Positions 32,425 to 43,741 are shown, counted from the first letter of the stretch. The stretch is DNA of 64,000 nt from an uncultured Gemmatimonadales bacterium (GCA_963850905.1 CAWKMU010000003.1:224001-288000); one strand, 5' to 3'. The notes: generated by a model from the letters alone, not told the origin. Numbers and translations are program-made.

Positions 32425-33420
32425 TTACGCAGGCGCGGTCACCGGGCCTTGCGGCGTCGTAGCCTCGACGCGTTGACGCGCCGGGAACCAGAAGTGGATG
32501 ATGAGAGCCCACACCACGAGCACGCCGAAGACCAGTACGCTGCCTTCGGGTCCTACTGTGCCACCGGTGAGCAGCGTCGGGCCATGAAACGATGAGTTCA
32601 AGATGTGACCCTGCGCGACGGTGCCGCTGTCCGGCGTACCGAAGAAGCAGGTCTCACCCCAGTCCCACGACGCGTGCATCCCGATACTCAACCAGATATT
32701 GCCGGTCCGCCACACGGCAAACGCTGACAGGAGCCCGAAGCTGCCGGCCATCACCGCCCCGATGATCGCCTCGCCCTGGTTGCCGAGATGCAACCCGCCA
32801 AACACGATCGAGAGCACGATGGCAGCAGGCCAGAAGCCGACGGCTGAGCCCAACGTCGACTGCAGGTAGCCGCGGAAGGAGAACTCCTCGAAGACGCCGA
32901 CACAGATGAAGCCGAAGCCGTACAGCGCCGCATCTTTCCACGCGTCGAAGCCGGTCAGCGCCTGGCCGTCCATCGAGTACGCACCGACAGCGGCCATCAG
33001 CAGGAGCAGCAGGCAGAGCATCGCGAACCCGAGCGGCACCCCTTGCCAGAACCGTTTCCCGAAGGCTTGCGAGACTGGGAGGCCATAATCCGCGAACGAG
33101 CGCTTCTCGATCCGCGTCATGATCGCGGCGGACACGATCACGAGGAACGGCGTGAAGATGCCCAGGAGCTGCCCGCCGGGTGTCATCTGTTGGTCGTTCC
33201 GTGCGATGAAGAACTCGCGCACCCCCGGAGTGTGGAGCGCGATGAACGACACGGTGTACCCAATGGCGAAGACCAGCGTCACGAAGATCAGGATCCGCCA
33301 ACCAGGGCGAATTCCCGTGGGTCCCATGAAAACCTTGTGAATCACCGACCGTGGGTGGCCGGATCCTGGCGGCACACCGGGGCTGGAGTTCGAATCGTCT
33401 GGACCTGCGCCTGGGTTCAT
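32425..33420 (-). CDS. CPBP (CAAX/Abi) family intramembrane metalloprotease
   Basis: EEFSFRG, FGGLH, HASWD, GPEGS motifs; multi-TM. Confidence 0.92.
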   Translation of the reverse strand: MNPGAGPDDSNSSPGVPPGSGHPRSVIHKVFMGPTGIRPGWRILIFVTLVFAIGYTVSFIALHTPGVREFFIARNDQQMTPGGQLLGIFTPFLVIVSAAIMTRIEKRSFADYGLPVSQAFGKRFWQGVPLGFAMLCLLLLLMAAVGAYSMDGQALTGFDAWKDAALYGFGFICVGVFEEFSFRGYLQSTLGSAVGFWPAAIVLSIVFGGLHLGNQGEAIIGAVMAGSFGLLSAFAVWRTGNIWLSIGMHASWDWGETCFFGTPDSGTVAQGHILNSSFHGPTLLTGGTVGPEGSVLVFGVLVVWALIIHFWFPARQRVEATTPQGPVTAPA

Positions 33421-33663
33421 GGTTCCTCCGTTAGCTGCACTACGGTAGGCGCCATCTGACGGTTTCCCCCGGCCCAAGCCCCTGACGGTGAAGTAGCGAC
33501 GTAATTGCAACATTGGCGCCGTGAAGATGACCATGCACCGACGGAGCGCGAGCCAGATGTAGCGTCGGATCGGTAATGGGTCTAGCCCGATCCTTGCCTT
33601 GTTGACGGTCGGCTGTCTCCAACCCACCAACGGCCCACGGCCGCACCTTCACAGGGAACAACC

Positions 33664-34212
33664 ATGAGCATGTCGTCGCGGGTTTACTGCACTGTCATCG
33701 CCGTCGCCCTTCTTCCATGTTGGGCGATCGCTCAGTCCAATGTGACCACGAACTCGGAGACGGGTGCGCCGGCCGCCGGCTCGCAACTGGCCGTCGCGTC
33801 GATCGCTGTCGCCGCGGACATGCCCCAGCAGCAGTCGAACACCGCCGCGAGTGGAGACGCGGTCCCGGCCCCGCAACCAAATCTCGACGCGGACCCGATA
33901 CCGGCGAACGCTCCTCCCCCGTCGGCGACCCCTGCGCAGTCAGATCAGGCCGCGGGTGCCACTGGACCCACGTCATCGGCCGCCACGGTCGGCATCCGAT
34001 CCCACGCAGCCACGGAAAACCTCACACGCCAGCAGTTGGCCGACCGCGCAGCCAGCGCGGACCACAACGGGCTGGGCAGAAATGCGGTGCTCATGATTGT
34101 CGGAGGCGCAGCCATCGTGGCGGGAGCGCTCATCGGTGGCGGCGCCGGCACCGCGCTCATCGTCGTCGGAGCGGTGATCGGCATTACTGGCCTTGTGTTG
34201 ATTCTGGCGTAA
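33664..34212 (+). CDS. Exported low-complexity protein with C-terminal Gly-rich hydrophobic hairpin
   Basis: Signal peptide, Ala/Pro/Thr-rich middle, LMIVGGAAIVAGALIGGGAGTALIVVG tail. Confidence 0.75.
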   Translation: MSMSSRVYCTVIAVALLPCWAIAQSNVTTNSETGAPAAGSQLAVASIAVAADMPQQQSNTAASGDAVPAPQPNLDADPIPANAPPPSATPAQSDQAAGATGPTSSAATVGIRSHAATENLTRQQLADRAASADHNGLGRNAVLMIVGGAAIVAGALIGGGAGTALIVVGAVIGITGLVLILA

Positions 34213-34399
34213 CGATTCATCAGCGCGCCGGCCCCTTCGCGCGGACACATTGCACGAAGTGACGATTCGGTCATGACGGGCGGTGAGGAGTTGGCTGAGC
34301 GGTAGATTGGCCTCGCGTTTCCCCGACTGCGGGGCCACTCCGACTCGCCATGCCGCACCCTCTGGCAACGTCCAAGTACTCGGACCCAAACCACACCGG

Positions 34400-34424
34400 G
34401 TAGGGGCGACGCAATGCGTCGCCC
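34400..34424 (+). repeat. GTAG REP palindrome
   Basis: gtaggggcgacgcaatgcgtcgccc. Confidence 0.9.
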
Positions 34425-34597
34425 GCCGTTCGCCGGCCACGTCGCGCACCACACGAACACCGCGTCGCCACCCGCGACCAAAACTCCGATCGGTCTGGAC
34501 AATCTGCGGCGTTAGGCGAAGTTCTTGACGCCCGCCGCCGAGCCGCAGGACGCGTCGGGGCACCCCGTTGCCAGGCGCCTGAGGAGAAACTCGGATC

Positions 34598-36623
34598 ATG
34601 ACCAACGCGACTTCGGCAGCGGGCCCGCAGGCCACGACGACGACGCCAGCACAGGCACTGAAAGAACTGACTGTCCGCGGCGTGATCCTCGGTGTGGTCA
34701 TCACACTGATCTTCACCGCGGCCAACGTCTTCTTCGGCCTCAAGGCGGGACTGACCTTCTCGACCTCCATCCCCGCAGCCGTCATATCGATGGCCATCCT
34801 GCGCGGCTTCAAGGGCGTGACGATCCAGGAAAACAACATCGTCCAGACGGTCGCCTCGGCCGCCGGCACGCTGTCGTCAATCATCTTCGTGCTTCCCGGT
34901 CTGGTCATGATCGGCTGGTGGACCGGTTTCCCGTACTGGACGTCCGTGTTGATCTGCGCGCTGGGTGGCGTGCTGGGCGTGATGTACTCCATTCCGCTCC
35001 GACGCGCGCTCGTCACGGACTCCGACCTGCCGTATCCGGAGGGCGTCGCGTGCGCCGAGGTCCTGAGGGTCGGCAGCGGAGGCAGCGCGGAGGGCTCGGG
35101 CGTGGACGAGACCCGCGCTGGCCTGCTGGCCGTGGTAGGCGGTTCGATCGTATCAGCGGTGTTCGCGGTCGTGGTGGCCACGCGCATGCTCGCCGGTGAC
35201 CTCGTGCGGTATTTCCGCCTCGGCACGAGCGGCGCCGTGACCGGCTTCGATCTCTTCTTCTCCATTGCGCTCTTCGGCGTCGGCCATTTGATAGGACTGT
35301 GGGTTGGCGTCGCGATCGGGCTCGGCGCCGTCATCGCCTGGCTGTGGGGCGTCCCACACTACTCGGCGTTGAATGGCAGTGGCAGTCACGCGGCCGCCGC
35401 CGTACTCGCCCAACAGACGTGGAGCCACCAGGTCCGCTTCGTCGGCGCGGGCACCATTCTCGTCGCTGCCATCTGGACGCTGGCCACACTGGTGAAGCCC
35501 GTCTACGGCGGGCTCCGCTCCGCACTCGCCGCGTCGCGCGCGCGGCGCGCTGGCGCTCAGGCGCTCTTGCCACGCACCGAGCGCGACATTCCAATCGGTC
35601 TGGTCGCCCTCTTCACACTTGTCTGCCTGGTGCCGATCGGCGTGCTGCTCGCGAATTTCGATTCCCACGGCGCGCTCACCTCCCACATGACGGTGCTCGT
35701 GATCGGCGGAATCGTGTACATCGCCCTCATGAGCTTCTTCGTCTCCGCCGTCTGCGGCTACATGGCCGGGCTCATCGGCTCCTCGAACAGCCCGCTCTCG
35801 GGGATCGGCATCCTGGCCGTCATCGGTGCTGCGCTACTCCTGGTCGTCGGCGTACGCTCCGAGCTGCCGACCTCCGCGCAGCCTGCCCTGGTCGCCTTCG
35901 CCCTGTTCGTCACCGCGGTCGTGTTCTGCGGTCGCCACGATCGCGAACAACAACCTGCAGGATCTCAAGACAGGGCAGCTGGTGGATGCGACGCCGTGGA
36001 AGCAGCAGGTCGCGCTGGTCATCGGCGTCATCGCCGGGGCGGTGATCATTCCGCCGATTATGGACCTGTTGAACCACGCATATGGGTTCGCCGGTGCGAT
36101 CGGCCCGCTGCGAGAGCATCCGCTGCCGGCCCCGCAAGCGGGGCTCATCTCCGCGCTCGCGCAGGGCGTCCTGTTGAACAATGTGGATTGGAGCCTGATC
36201 GGCGTCGGCGTCGGCATCGGCGTCGCGCTGATTGTCATCGACGCGGTGCTGCGTCAAGCGACGGCCGGGCGCGCCCATCTCTCGCCGCTCGCCGTCGGCC
36301 TGGGGATCTACCTGCCCACGCAAAGCACGCTGATGGTTGTCCTGGGCGCGCTCGCGGGGTGGTACTTCGACCGGCGCGCCGACCGGCGCACCAACCCGGC
36401 AGCGGTCAAGCAGCTCGGCGTCCTGCTGGCGTCAGGCCTGATCGTGGGCGAAGGCCTCGTGGGCGTTCTGATCGCCGCACTCGTCGCGTTCTCGGGCAAG
36501 GATTTCCCGCTCTCTCTCGTCGGCGACAGTTTTGCGGGGAGCTGGGCCGTCGTCTTGTCGACCATCACCTTCGCCATCACCATGGTGATCTTGTACCGCT
36601 GGGTCGCCCGCCTGCGTCAGTAA
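34598..36623 (+). CDS. OPT family oligopeptide transporter (frameshift near 35930)
   Basis: ELTVRGVILG, GLKAGLT, ENNIVQT, LPYPEG, NLQDLKTG...ATPWKQQ, LPAPQA. Confidence 0.93.
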
Positions 36624-36719
36624 ACGCCCTGTCAAGCGCTAGCGACCCTCGACGCGCCTCGCGGGTACGGGGCTGATCAAGGGCGGTGACGCAGAGTCGG
36701 CTCGGACGGCCAGGGCCAG

Positions 36720-37025
36720 TTACGCGCTCCGTCGCTTCCGCGGCGCCGCTGCCACCAGCGCCTCGAGCGTAAACACCAGACCCACGACGTCAGCGACGCA
36801 CTTCGCACACCGGTGCCCGCGCTGGTAGCTGTCGAGCGTCGTCTGGACGCGCCGCAGGTCATAGACCCAGCCGCGCCGCTGGCACGCGTCACACCGTCGC
36901 GTCGCGCTCGCCGGTAACAAGGCGAGCGCCGCGTCAATCGCCGCGCGCCACTGTTCGACTGACCCGTACGCTCGCAGCGTCTCGGCACGTCGTTCATCCG
37001 CCAACTGATAAGGTTCGTCGCTCAC
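36720..37025 (-). CDS. Hypothetical protein with two CxxC pairs
   Basis: CDAC...CAKC; no recognised family. Confidence 0.4.
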   Translation of the reverse strand: MSDEPYQLADERRAETLRAYGSVEQWRAAIDAALALLPASATRRCDACQRRGWVYDLRRVQTTLDSYQRGHRCAKCVADVVGLVFTLEALVAAAPRKRRSA

Positions 37026-37227
37026 TGGTCATTGCTCCGACGAAGGGAAGACGCCTGCGACTGACCCAACCGACGCCCCACCGCCGTGGACGTCACACGG
37101 ACCCCGTTGGTCGTGGGAGCGCCGCTGGCCGCCGACGGTGGACTCCTGCGGGTCGCGGTGCTACCCTCTAGTCCGCGCTGGCCCGCCTGCCCGCCCTTCG
37201 TTCTTCTCGTCTTCACTCGCCTCGTCA

Positions 37228-38931
37228 ATGCGTGTGTTCGCGTTTGTCCTCGGGGGACTGCACGAGCGTCCCTACGTTCGCTACATCGGCTACTCGAGTC
37301 TGGCGGCGTTGACAGCGCTCCTGACATCGGCCGCATCGCCCAGTCCGGCGGCTCGCTTTGATCTCCTGATTCGCCACGCCCGCATTGTCGATGGCACCGG
37401 GAACCCGTGGTATCGAGGCGACGTCGGAGTGAGCGGCGATCGCATTGTGGCGATCGGCTCGTTCGATCCCGCCGATGCGACGCGGGTCATCGACGCCGCC
37501 GACCGCGTCGTCGCACCCGGCTTCATCGATATGATGGCCGAAACCGCCGTCCCCCTCATCGTCGATTCGATCAGCGCCGAAAGCAAGCTGCGCCAGGGAG
37601 TGACGACGATCTTTGTGGGGGAGGGCGATTCCGACGCTCCGACGGGTGGGTCGGTGCCACCAGATACGGCGACGGCCGGCGGGGAACATCTCACCTGGCA
37701 GACCTTCGGCGACTACGCGCGTATCCTCCAGCGGAAGAGAATCGCCGTCAACGTCGCCTACAACATCGGGGCCACGCAGGTCCGACGCATCGTACTCGGT
37801 GATCAGGACCGCCGCCCGTCTCCAGTGCAGCTCGCGGAGATGCAGGCATTGGTGAGCGCGGCCATGCGCGAGGGCTCCGTGGGGTTCTCGAGCGCGCTCA
37901 TCTACGCGCCCGGCACCTATGCGACAAGTGAGGAGCTCACGGCCCTGGCCCGCGCCGCCGCGCCCTACCATGGTGTGTACTTCACACACATGCGCAATGA
38001 GAGCAATCAACTCCTCGACGCCATCCGCGAGACGATTCGCATCGGCGTCGATGGCGGGGTGCCGGTCCACATCTACCACCTCAAGGCCGCAGGCCAGGAG
38101 AATTGGTCCCTCATGCCTCGTGCCCTCGCGCTCATCGACAGCGCGCGCGCCGCAGGCATCGAGGTGACGGCGGACGTGTATCCGTACATTCGGAATGGCA
38201 TCGGCCTCAGAGCGTTCCTCGATCCGCGTCATTACGTCCAGGGAAGCGACCCCTTTCTCAAGACCGTGTCCGACTCCGCCGTGCGACGCCAGCTGCGGCA
38301 CGAAGTCGAGACGGGCACCGACTGGGAGAACTGGTATCGTCATGTCGGGATGAATTGGGACAAGGTCCTCATCACCGGAGTGCCCCGGGGCGTCGACACG
38401 AACTTCGTCGGTCTCTCGGTCGCCGGCGTGGCCAAGCGGCGGGGCGTCGATGCCTGGTCCGCGTTTTTCGACCTGCTCGAGTCGCAGGGCGACGTGGATG
38501 TCGCCCCGGAAAGCATGGACGAGGAGCAGAAGCGGCTTGCCCTGCGCGCACCCTATGTCGCGATCGACAACGACCAGCGACCGACGGACCCCGCCACGGT
38601 TCGGAGCGCGCATCCGCGGGCCTTCGGGACGTTTCCACGAATCCTCGCGAAGTACGTGCGCGAGGAGCACGTCATCTCGCTGGAGGAAGCGGTGCGGAAG
38701 ATGTCGTCGCTGCCCGCGAATATCCTTGGGCTTCACGAGCGGGGACGTATCGCTCCGGGGATGATCGCTGACCTCGTCCTTTTTGATCCGGCCAAAGTGC
38801 AGGACCACGCGACCTTCACCAAACCGCTCGTGTACTCGACCGGCATCGACGACGTGATCATCAATGGCCGCCTCGTACTCGACGCCGGCCACATGGTCGA
38901 CTATGGAGCTGGCGAGGTGTTGCGACATTGA
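37228..38931 (+). CDS. N-acyl-D-amino-acid deacylase (D-aminoacylase) family amidohydrolase
   Basis: IVDGTGNPW, APGFID, YAPG, HMRNE, HIYHLK, HPRAFGTFPR, ADLVLFDP; start uncertain. Confidence 0.9.
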   Translation: MRVFAFVLGGLHERPYVRYIGYSSLAALTALLTSAASPSPAARFDLLIRHARIVDGTGNPWYRGDVGVSGDRIVAIGSFDPADATRVIDAADRVVAPGFIDMMAETAVPLIVDSISAESKLRQGVTTIFVGEGDSDAPTGGSVPPDTATAGGEHLTWQTFGDYARILQRKRIAVNVAYNIGATQVRRIVLGDQDRRPSPVQLAEMQALVSAAMREGSVGFSSALIYAPGTYATSEELTALARAAAPYHGVYFTHMRNESNQLLDAIRETIRIGVDGGVPVHIYHLKAAGQENWSLMPRALALIDSARAAGIEVTADVYPYIRNGIGLRAFLDPRHYVQGSDPFLKTVSDSAVRRQLRHEVETGTDWENWYRHVGMNWDKVLITGVPRGVDTNFVGLSVAGVAKRRGVDAWSAFFDLLESQGDVDVAPESMDEEQKRLALRAPYVAIDNDQRPTDPATVRSAHPRAFGTFPRILAKYVREEHVISLEEAVRKMSSLPANILGLHERGRIAPGMIADLVLFDPAKVQDHATFTKPLVYSTGIDDVIINGRLVLDAGHMVDYGAGEVLRH

Positions 38932-39098
38932 CATTTCGCGACATCTTCATCGGCCCGACCGTGGCTAACGGGCGGAACGGTCGGGCCGGAATGCAGTGCG
39001 ATCGGTTTCGTGTTGTTCGCGATCGCGTCCGTGGCGTTCAATCACCTGTACCCACCGAAGTAAGAACATGCCGGGCGGATATTCCCCAGGGAGCTTCG

Positions 39099-40526
39099 AT
39101 GAAGAGAGCCGCTTTTCTCACTGCCGTTTTGGTGCTGCTCGGCGCTGCGTTCACGGTGGCACGATCGCAGTCCAACGAATCCAGCCCCTCACCGAACGCG
39201 GCGCCGATTGTGCTGCGAGCGACGCGGCTCTTCGAGGTCGCGACGGGTAAGATCGTGAGCCCAGGCCAGGTGCTTGTGGAGGGCGGCCGCATCCAGGCGG
39301 TTGGAACAACGGTGCCGCACCCGGTTGGCGCGAAGGTGATCGACCTGGGCGACAGGACGCTGATGCCGGGACTGATCGACGCACACGTCCACCTGTTCCT
39401 GCACCCGGAGCCGCCATCGGAGGGGATGCAGACCGTGGAGGAATCGGTGCCAGAGCGGACCGTCGAGGCGACGCTGGCGGCGAAGGCCGATCTGATGGCC
39501 GGATTCACCGCCGAGCGCGACATGGGGACGGAGGGTGCGGGCCCGGCAGATGCGGCCATCCGCGACGCGATCGACAAGGGGCTCATTCCCGGGCCGCGCT
39601 TGCGCATCAGCGGCATGGCGATCTCGATTCTTGGCGGCCACGAGGACGCGGTCGGCTTCAACCCGGCGCAGCACGTACTGGGGAATGCCGACTACGCGAA
39701 CGACGCCCAGCAGCTGATCGAAACGATCCGCGAGCAGCACAAGGACGGGGCGAGCTTCGTGAAGATCTACGAGACGGGATCCGACCGGATGGTCCCCGAC
39801 GGGTCGGCGCCCTGCCTGGGCGACCCGATCTGCACCCAACTCAAGATCGGCGACCAGTCGGACGATCCGCAGTTCTGGGATTTCCATTCGCCGTACCAGT
39901 ACAGTGAGGCGGAGCTGCAAGCGGCCGTGGCCGAGGCGACTCGACTGGGCAGCAACGTGGGCGTGCATTGCCAGGGTGAGCCGGGGGCGCGGTTCGCGGT
40001 GGAGGCGGGCGTGGCGTCAGTCGATCACGCGACGCAGCTCAGCGATGGGACCATGGAGATGATGAAGTCGAAGGGTATCCCTGCCGTGCCGACGTTTACC
40101 GTCTTCCTGTTCTTCGCGGACCATGCACCGAGTCCAGCGGCCGCGGCGCGCGAGCACGTGATGCTCGACTACAAGGTCCGCGAGTTCAAACGACAGGTGG
40201 CCGCGGGGGTTCCGATGGCCGTGGGATCGGATGTGGGGCCGTTCGCGCACGGAACCCAGGCAGAGGAATTCGCGCTGATGGTGAAGTACGGGATGACGCC
40301 GCTCGCTGTGCTTCAAGCCGATTATCTGAACGGTCCGCGCATTCTGATGTGGCAGAACGACGTGGGACAACTCAAGCCCGGGTACTTCGCGGACGTGATT
40401 GCGGTGCCAGGGAATCCGCTGGCGGACATCACGGTGCTACAGCACGTGCAGTTCGTGATGAAAGGTGGCGTCGTGTATAGGAGCGAGGGGTCGGGCAACG
40501 GGGGACTGGAGGCGCCCGCGAGTTAG
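39099..40526 (+). CDS. Exported metal-dependent amidohydrolase (dipeptidase/prolidase-like)
   Basis: Signal peptide; PGLIDAHVH, VGVH, VDHA, GSDVG, ADVIAVPGNPL. Confidence 0.9.
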   Translation: MKRAAFLTAVLVLLGAAFTVARSQSNESSPSPNAAPIVLRATRLFEVATGKIVSPGQVLVEGGRIQAVGTTVPHPVGAKVIDLGDRTLMPGLIDAHVHLFLHPEPPSEGMQTVEESVPERTVEATLAAKADLMAGFTAERDMGTEGAGPADAAIRDAIDKGLIPGPRLRISGMAISILGGHEDAVGFNPAQHVLGNADYANDAQQLIETIREQHKDGASFVKIYETGSDRMVPDGSAPCLGDPICTQLKIGDQSDDPQFWDFHSPYQYSEAELQAAVAEATRLGSNVGVHCQGEPGARFAVEAGVASVDHATQLSDGTMEMMKSKGIPAVPTFTVFLFFADHAPSPAAAAREHVMLDYKVREFKRQVAAGVPMAVGSDVGPFAHGTQAEEFALMVKYGMTPLAVLQADYLNGPRILMWQNDVGQLKPGYFADVIAVPGNPLADITVLQHVQFVMKGGVVYRSEGSGNGGLEAPAS

Positions 40527-40675
40527 CAATTGGGGCGGCGGGGTGACGAACGAAGGCTGCGTTCCCGCCGCCAGCGCGGCTGGACACGGGTCGGCAAGCG
40601 CCGGAGATTAGCGAGAGTCCGCGCCCGCACGACGGGCACCTCGCCCTCCATACGATCCGTCGGAGCATCTCTTCC

Positions 40676-41569
40676 ATGTCACGAATTCGCAGCTGGCTCG
40701 CTGGGTCAGCCACGGTCCTGTTTGCCGTCCTGCACGCCAACGCGGCTGCGCAGCGGCCGCTCAAGGTCTTCCTCTCGGCCGATATGGAGGGCGTAGCAGG
40801 GGTCGTGGCCATGGACCAACTCGGACCCCCGGGACCGGATTACGACTGGGCTCGACATTTGATGACGGCCGAGGTCAACTCCGCCATTACCGCGGCGTTC
40901 GACGCTGGCGCGACGGAAGTGCTCATAAACGATGGCCACGGATCGCACACCAACCTCCGCGCCGATGAGATGGATCAGCGCGCGAGTCTCGTCACGGGGA
41001 CTCCAGCGCCGCTCGGCATGGCGGAAGGGATCGACTCGTCGTTTGGCGCCGTGATCTGCATCGGGTTCCATGCCCGGGCATCGACAGCAGGCGCCGTGAT
41101 CGATCATACCTACACGGGCACCATCACCGACATGACGCTCAATGGCGTGCCGGTTGGAGAGTACGGAATGTCCGCCGCCGTGGCTGGCTACTACGGCGTC
41201 CCCGTCGTGTTCATCTCCGGCGATAGTGCGGTAGCTGAGCAAGCTCGAACATTCATTCCCGGGATCGAAACCGTCACAACGAAGGAGGCGTTCACGCGCT
41301 ACGCCGCGCGGACGATCAGTCCCCAAGCATCGCGTACGGCGATCGCAGCCGGAGTGAAGAAGGCACTTGCACGGCGAACCGAGATCCGCCCGGTCCATGT
41401 GACGACCCCGATCACGCTCGCCGTTGAGTTCACGAATACCGGATACGCCGACAACGTGGCCATGATCCCCGGCGCGCGCCGAACCGGTCCCCGCACGGTG
41501 ACGTACGTCGCTCGGGATATGCCCGAGGCCTACCGCGTGTCACGCTTGATGATGATGCTCGCGCGGTAA
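40676..41569 (+). CDS. M55 family D-aminopeptidase (DppA-like)
   Basis: FLSADMEGVAG, INDGH, GFHA, DHT, ISGD. Confidence 0.93.
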   Translation: MSRIRSWLAGSATVLFAVLHANAAAQRPLKVFLSADMEGVAGVVAMDQLGPPGPDYDWARHLMTAEVNSAITAAFDAGATEVLINDGHGSHTNLRADEMDQRASLVTGTPAPLGMAEGIDSSFGAVICIGFHARASTAGAVIDHTYTGTITDMTLNGVPVGEYGMSAAVAGYYGVPVVFISGDSAVAEQARTFIPGIETVTTKEAFTRYAARTISPQASRTAIAAGVKKALARRTEIRPVHVTTPITLAVEFTNTGYADNVAMIPGARRTGPRTVTYVARDMPEAYRVSRLMMMLAR

Positions 41570-41580
41570 TTTCGCCGCCC

Positions 41581-41652
41581 GCACGGATCGATCCCAACTT
41601 TGCGCCGCTGCACGGCAATCCGCGTTTCGAGCGATTGATCGCGCAGCCGTAA
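41581..41652 (+). pseudogene. 3' remnant of a kinase-TPR gene paralog
   Basis: Translates RIDPNFAPLHGNPRFERLIAQP*, matching RIDPNFASLNGNPRFERLIS at the end of 47242-49920; no start or upstream coding part. Confidence 0.8.
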
Positions 41653-41797
41653 GCGTCACACGCCTGGTCGGATGCGCCGGCGGTTGGCGCTGCCAGCGAG
41701 CGACATTGTCAGCGCGGTCACGGCCGTCTTCGCCGTCACCGCCATCGCGACCGCGGCCGGAAATGGCCGTTTGCGCCCGGCCGATCCTCGGGCGTGG

Positions 41798-43522
41798 TCA
41801 CTGCTTACAGACGCCGTGCGGGTCGGGCTTGGGTTTGTCCACGACCAGCCGGTGGTCGAGATTGGCCTCTTGCATGGCGACGTCGAACACCAGTCGATCC
41901 ACTCGCGCCAGGTGCGCGAAATCGATGTATTGGACCTCATCGGTCACCTGGTGATAGTCCTCGTGAAGACCGGTGGTGAAGAACACGATCGGTATGCCGT
42001 AGCGAGCGTACTCGTAGTGGTCGCTCCGGCAATAGACATTCTCCGGATGGCCGTTTGCGTCCAGCGTGTAGTCGAAGACAAAGGGCTCGGGCTCGGTCTT
42101 GTTGATGCGCTCGACCATGTCCCCGAGCTCGGTCGACAGCCGACGCGACCCGACGAGCATCAGATACCGTGGGCCCCCTCCCTTCCACTCATCGGCCGCA
42201 CCTCGGCCCACCATGTCGAGGTTGAGCTGGCCCACGATGGAGTCGCGTGAGACCGTCGGGTGGTCCGTGTAGTACGTCGATCCGAGCAGACCCTTTTCCT
42301 CAGCGGTGTGCCAAACGAAGAGGATCGACCGCTTCGGCTTGACCGGCGAGTGCGTAAAAGCCTGCGCGATCTCGAGCAGCGACACCGTCCCCGAGCCGTC
42401 GTCGTCGGCCCCGTTGAAGGTCGAGTCGCGGTGCGCAGGCCTGATGCGGTGCAGAGAATCCGTGTTGATATGGATGGTCGCCATCTCCTCCGGCGTCGGT
42501 GCGGGCCCGCTTCCGAGATCCATCATTTTCCAGCGCGCCATGTTCCAGGCTCGAAGCGAATCGGCATCGACGGCGTGTGCAGCCACGCCAAGGTGATCGC
42601 TGTGCGCACCTAACGCCACGTACTCGCCGCGGAGCGACGGATCGGCACCTGGATACACGGCAATGACATTGCGAGCCGGCGCTGTCGGCTGAGCCTCAGT
42701 CACGCGAACGGTCAGGTCGACGGCCACCTGATTCACCACGCCGGGTCGCAGCCCGGCCAGTGGTGCGCCCATGAGTCGCGCCGCTTCGGCCTGGGTCACG
42801 CTGACTCCCACGGGCCGCGGGTCTGGTCCCGTCTCCGCCTGCGGCAGCACCAGCAGCGGACGCCTGGCGGCCTGCAACGCCGGCGCCGTCATCAGATCAA
42901 GCGTGGCGAGAGCGATGGCCGCCGCCCCCGGGTAGTGATCGAGCGCGCCTCGGAATGTCGCGACCGGCCTGCCTCCAGCGCCGAGTGACGCATCGAGCAC
43001 GACGATCCGACCGCTGCTCTGCTCCGGCGTCAGCATCACCGTCGAGTCGCCAAGACGTCCGCCGTACACCGCCGCCGAGACATTCACCGACCCGCTCGGA
43101 CGAACAGGGGATTGGCCGCCCCGCGAGGCGAGCGGCAACCAGTCACGGCCGAAGGCAGCAGCATTCCCACCGACGATCATCGTCGACGTGGTGTCGATCG
43201 AGCGATTGAGCATCACGACGGTCTGGAAATACGTCCCGTTCTCGCCGGCGGGTTTGAGACCGAGTCGTTGAGCGGCACGGGCGATGTAGTCGGTTGCCTT
43301 GACGTTGCCAACGGTCGCCGCCTCGCGACCCAACATCGAATCGTCGGAAAACTGGGAGAGGCGTCGACGAAGGTCGGCGACGCTGATGTCCGGCGTGCTG
43401 GCGGACTGTTGGGTCGGCGTCGACGCGCGTGCTTGGGCGCTTGCCTGAGCACCCGCTTGAGGGACGTAGACGGCGAGAATGACGGCCGCGCCCAGAAGAG
43501 CAGAAGACGATGATCGAGTCAT
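41798..43522 (-). CDS. Exported M28 family metallopeptidase
   Basis: GAHSDH, NGADDDGSG, AEEKGLLGS, LNLDMVG, RSDHY, DYHQVTD. Confidence 0.93.
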   Translation of the reverse strand: MTRSSSSALLGAAVILAVYVPQAGAQASAQARASTPTQQSASTPDISVADLRRRLSQFSDDSMLGREAATVGNVKATDYIARAAQRLGLKPAGENGTYFQTVVMLNRSIDTTSTMIVGGNAAAFGRDWLPLASRGGQSPVRPSGSVNVSAAVYGGRLGDSTVMLTPEQSSGRIVVLDASLGAGGRPVATFRGALDHYPGAAAIALATLDLMTAPALQAARRPLLVLPQAETGPDPRPVGVSVTQAEAARLMGAPLAGLRPGVVNQVAVDLTVRVTEAQPTAPARNVIAVYPGADPSLRGEYVALGAHSDHLGVAAHAVDADSLRAWNMARWKMMDLGSGPAPTPEEMATIHINTDSLHRIRPAHRDSTFNGADDDGSGTVSLLEIAQAFTHSPVKPKRSILFVWHTAEEKGLLGSTYYTDHPTVSRDSIVGQLNLDMVGRGAADEWKGGGPRYLMLVGSRRLSTELGDMVERINKTEPEPFVFDYTLDANGHPENVYCRSDHYEYARYGIPIVFFTTGLHEDYHQVTDEVQYIDFAHLARVDRLVFDVAMQEANLDHRLVVDKPKPDPHGVCKQ

Positions 43523-43604
43523 ATGGGGGAAGGAGTAAGACCGCCGCCGAACATGCCCCCCGGCCTCCCCAACGGCAAGCACAAAGGCTACGGACGGACG
43601 AAGA

Positions 43605-43741
43605 ACCGCCCAGCTCGAGGATTCGCCGCCGCCCAAAGTCGGTTAACTTCGCCGCTTGAGAGTGAGCGGCCGTTGAGAGTCGCGACTGCGCGGCGGAGAA
43701 TCGCCGACCGTCGCCGGCCGCGGGGACACACCTTGGACACC
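43605..43741 (+). repeat. ~140-bp dispersed element, diverged copy
   Basis: cccagctcga..aaagtcgg..ttcgccgctt..agtgagc..gaatcgccgac..tcgccg..gggacacaccttggacacc aligns with the 55339 and 57430 copies. Confidence 0.75.
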
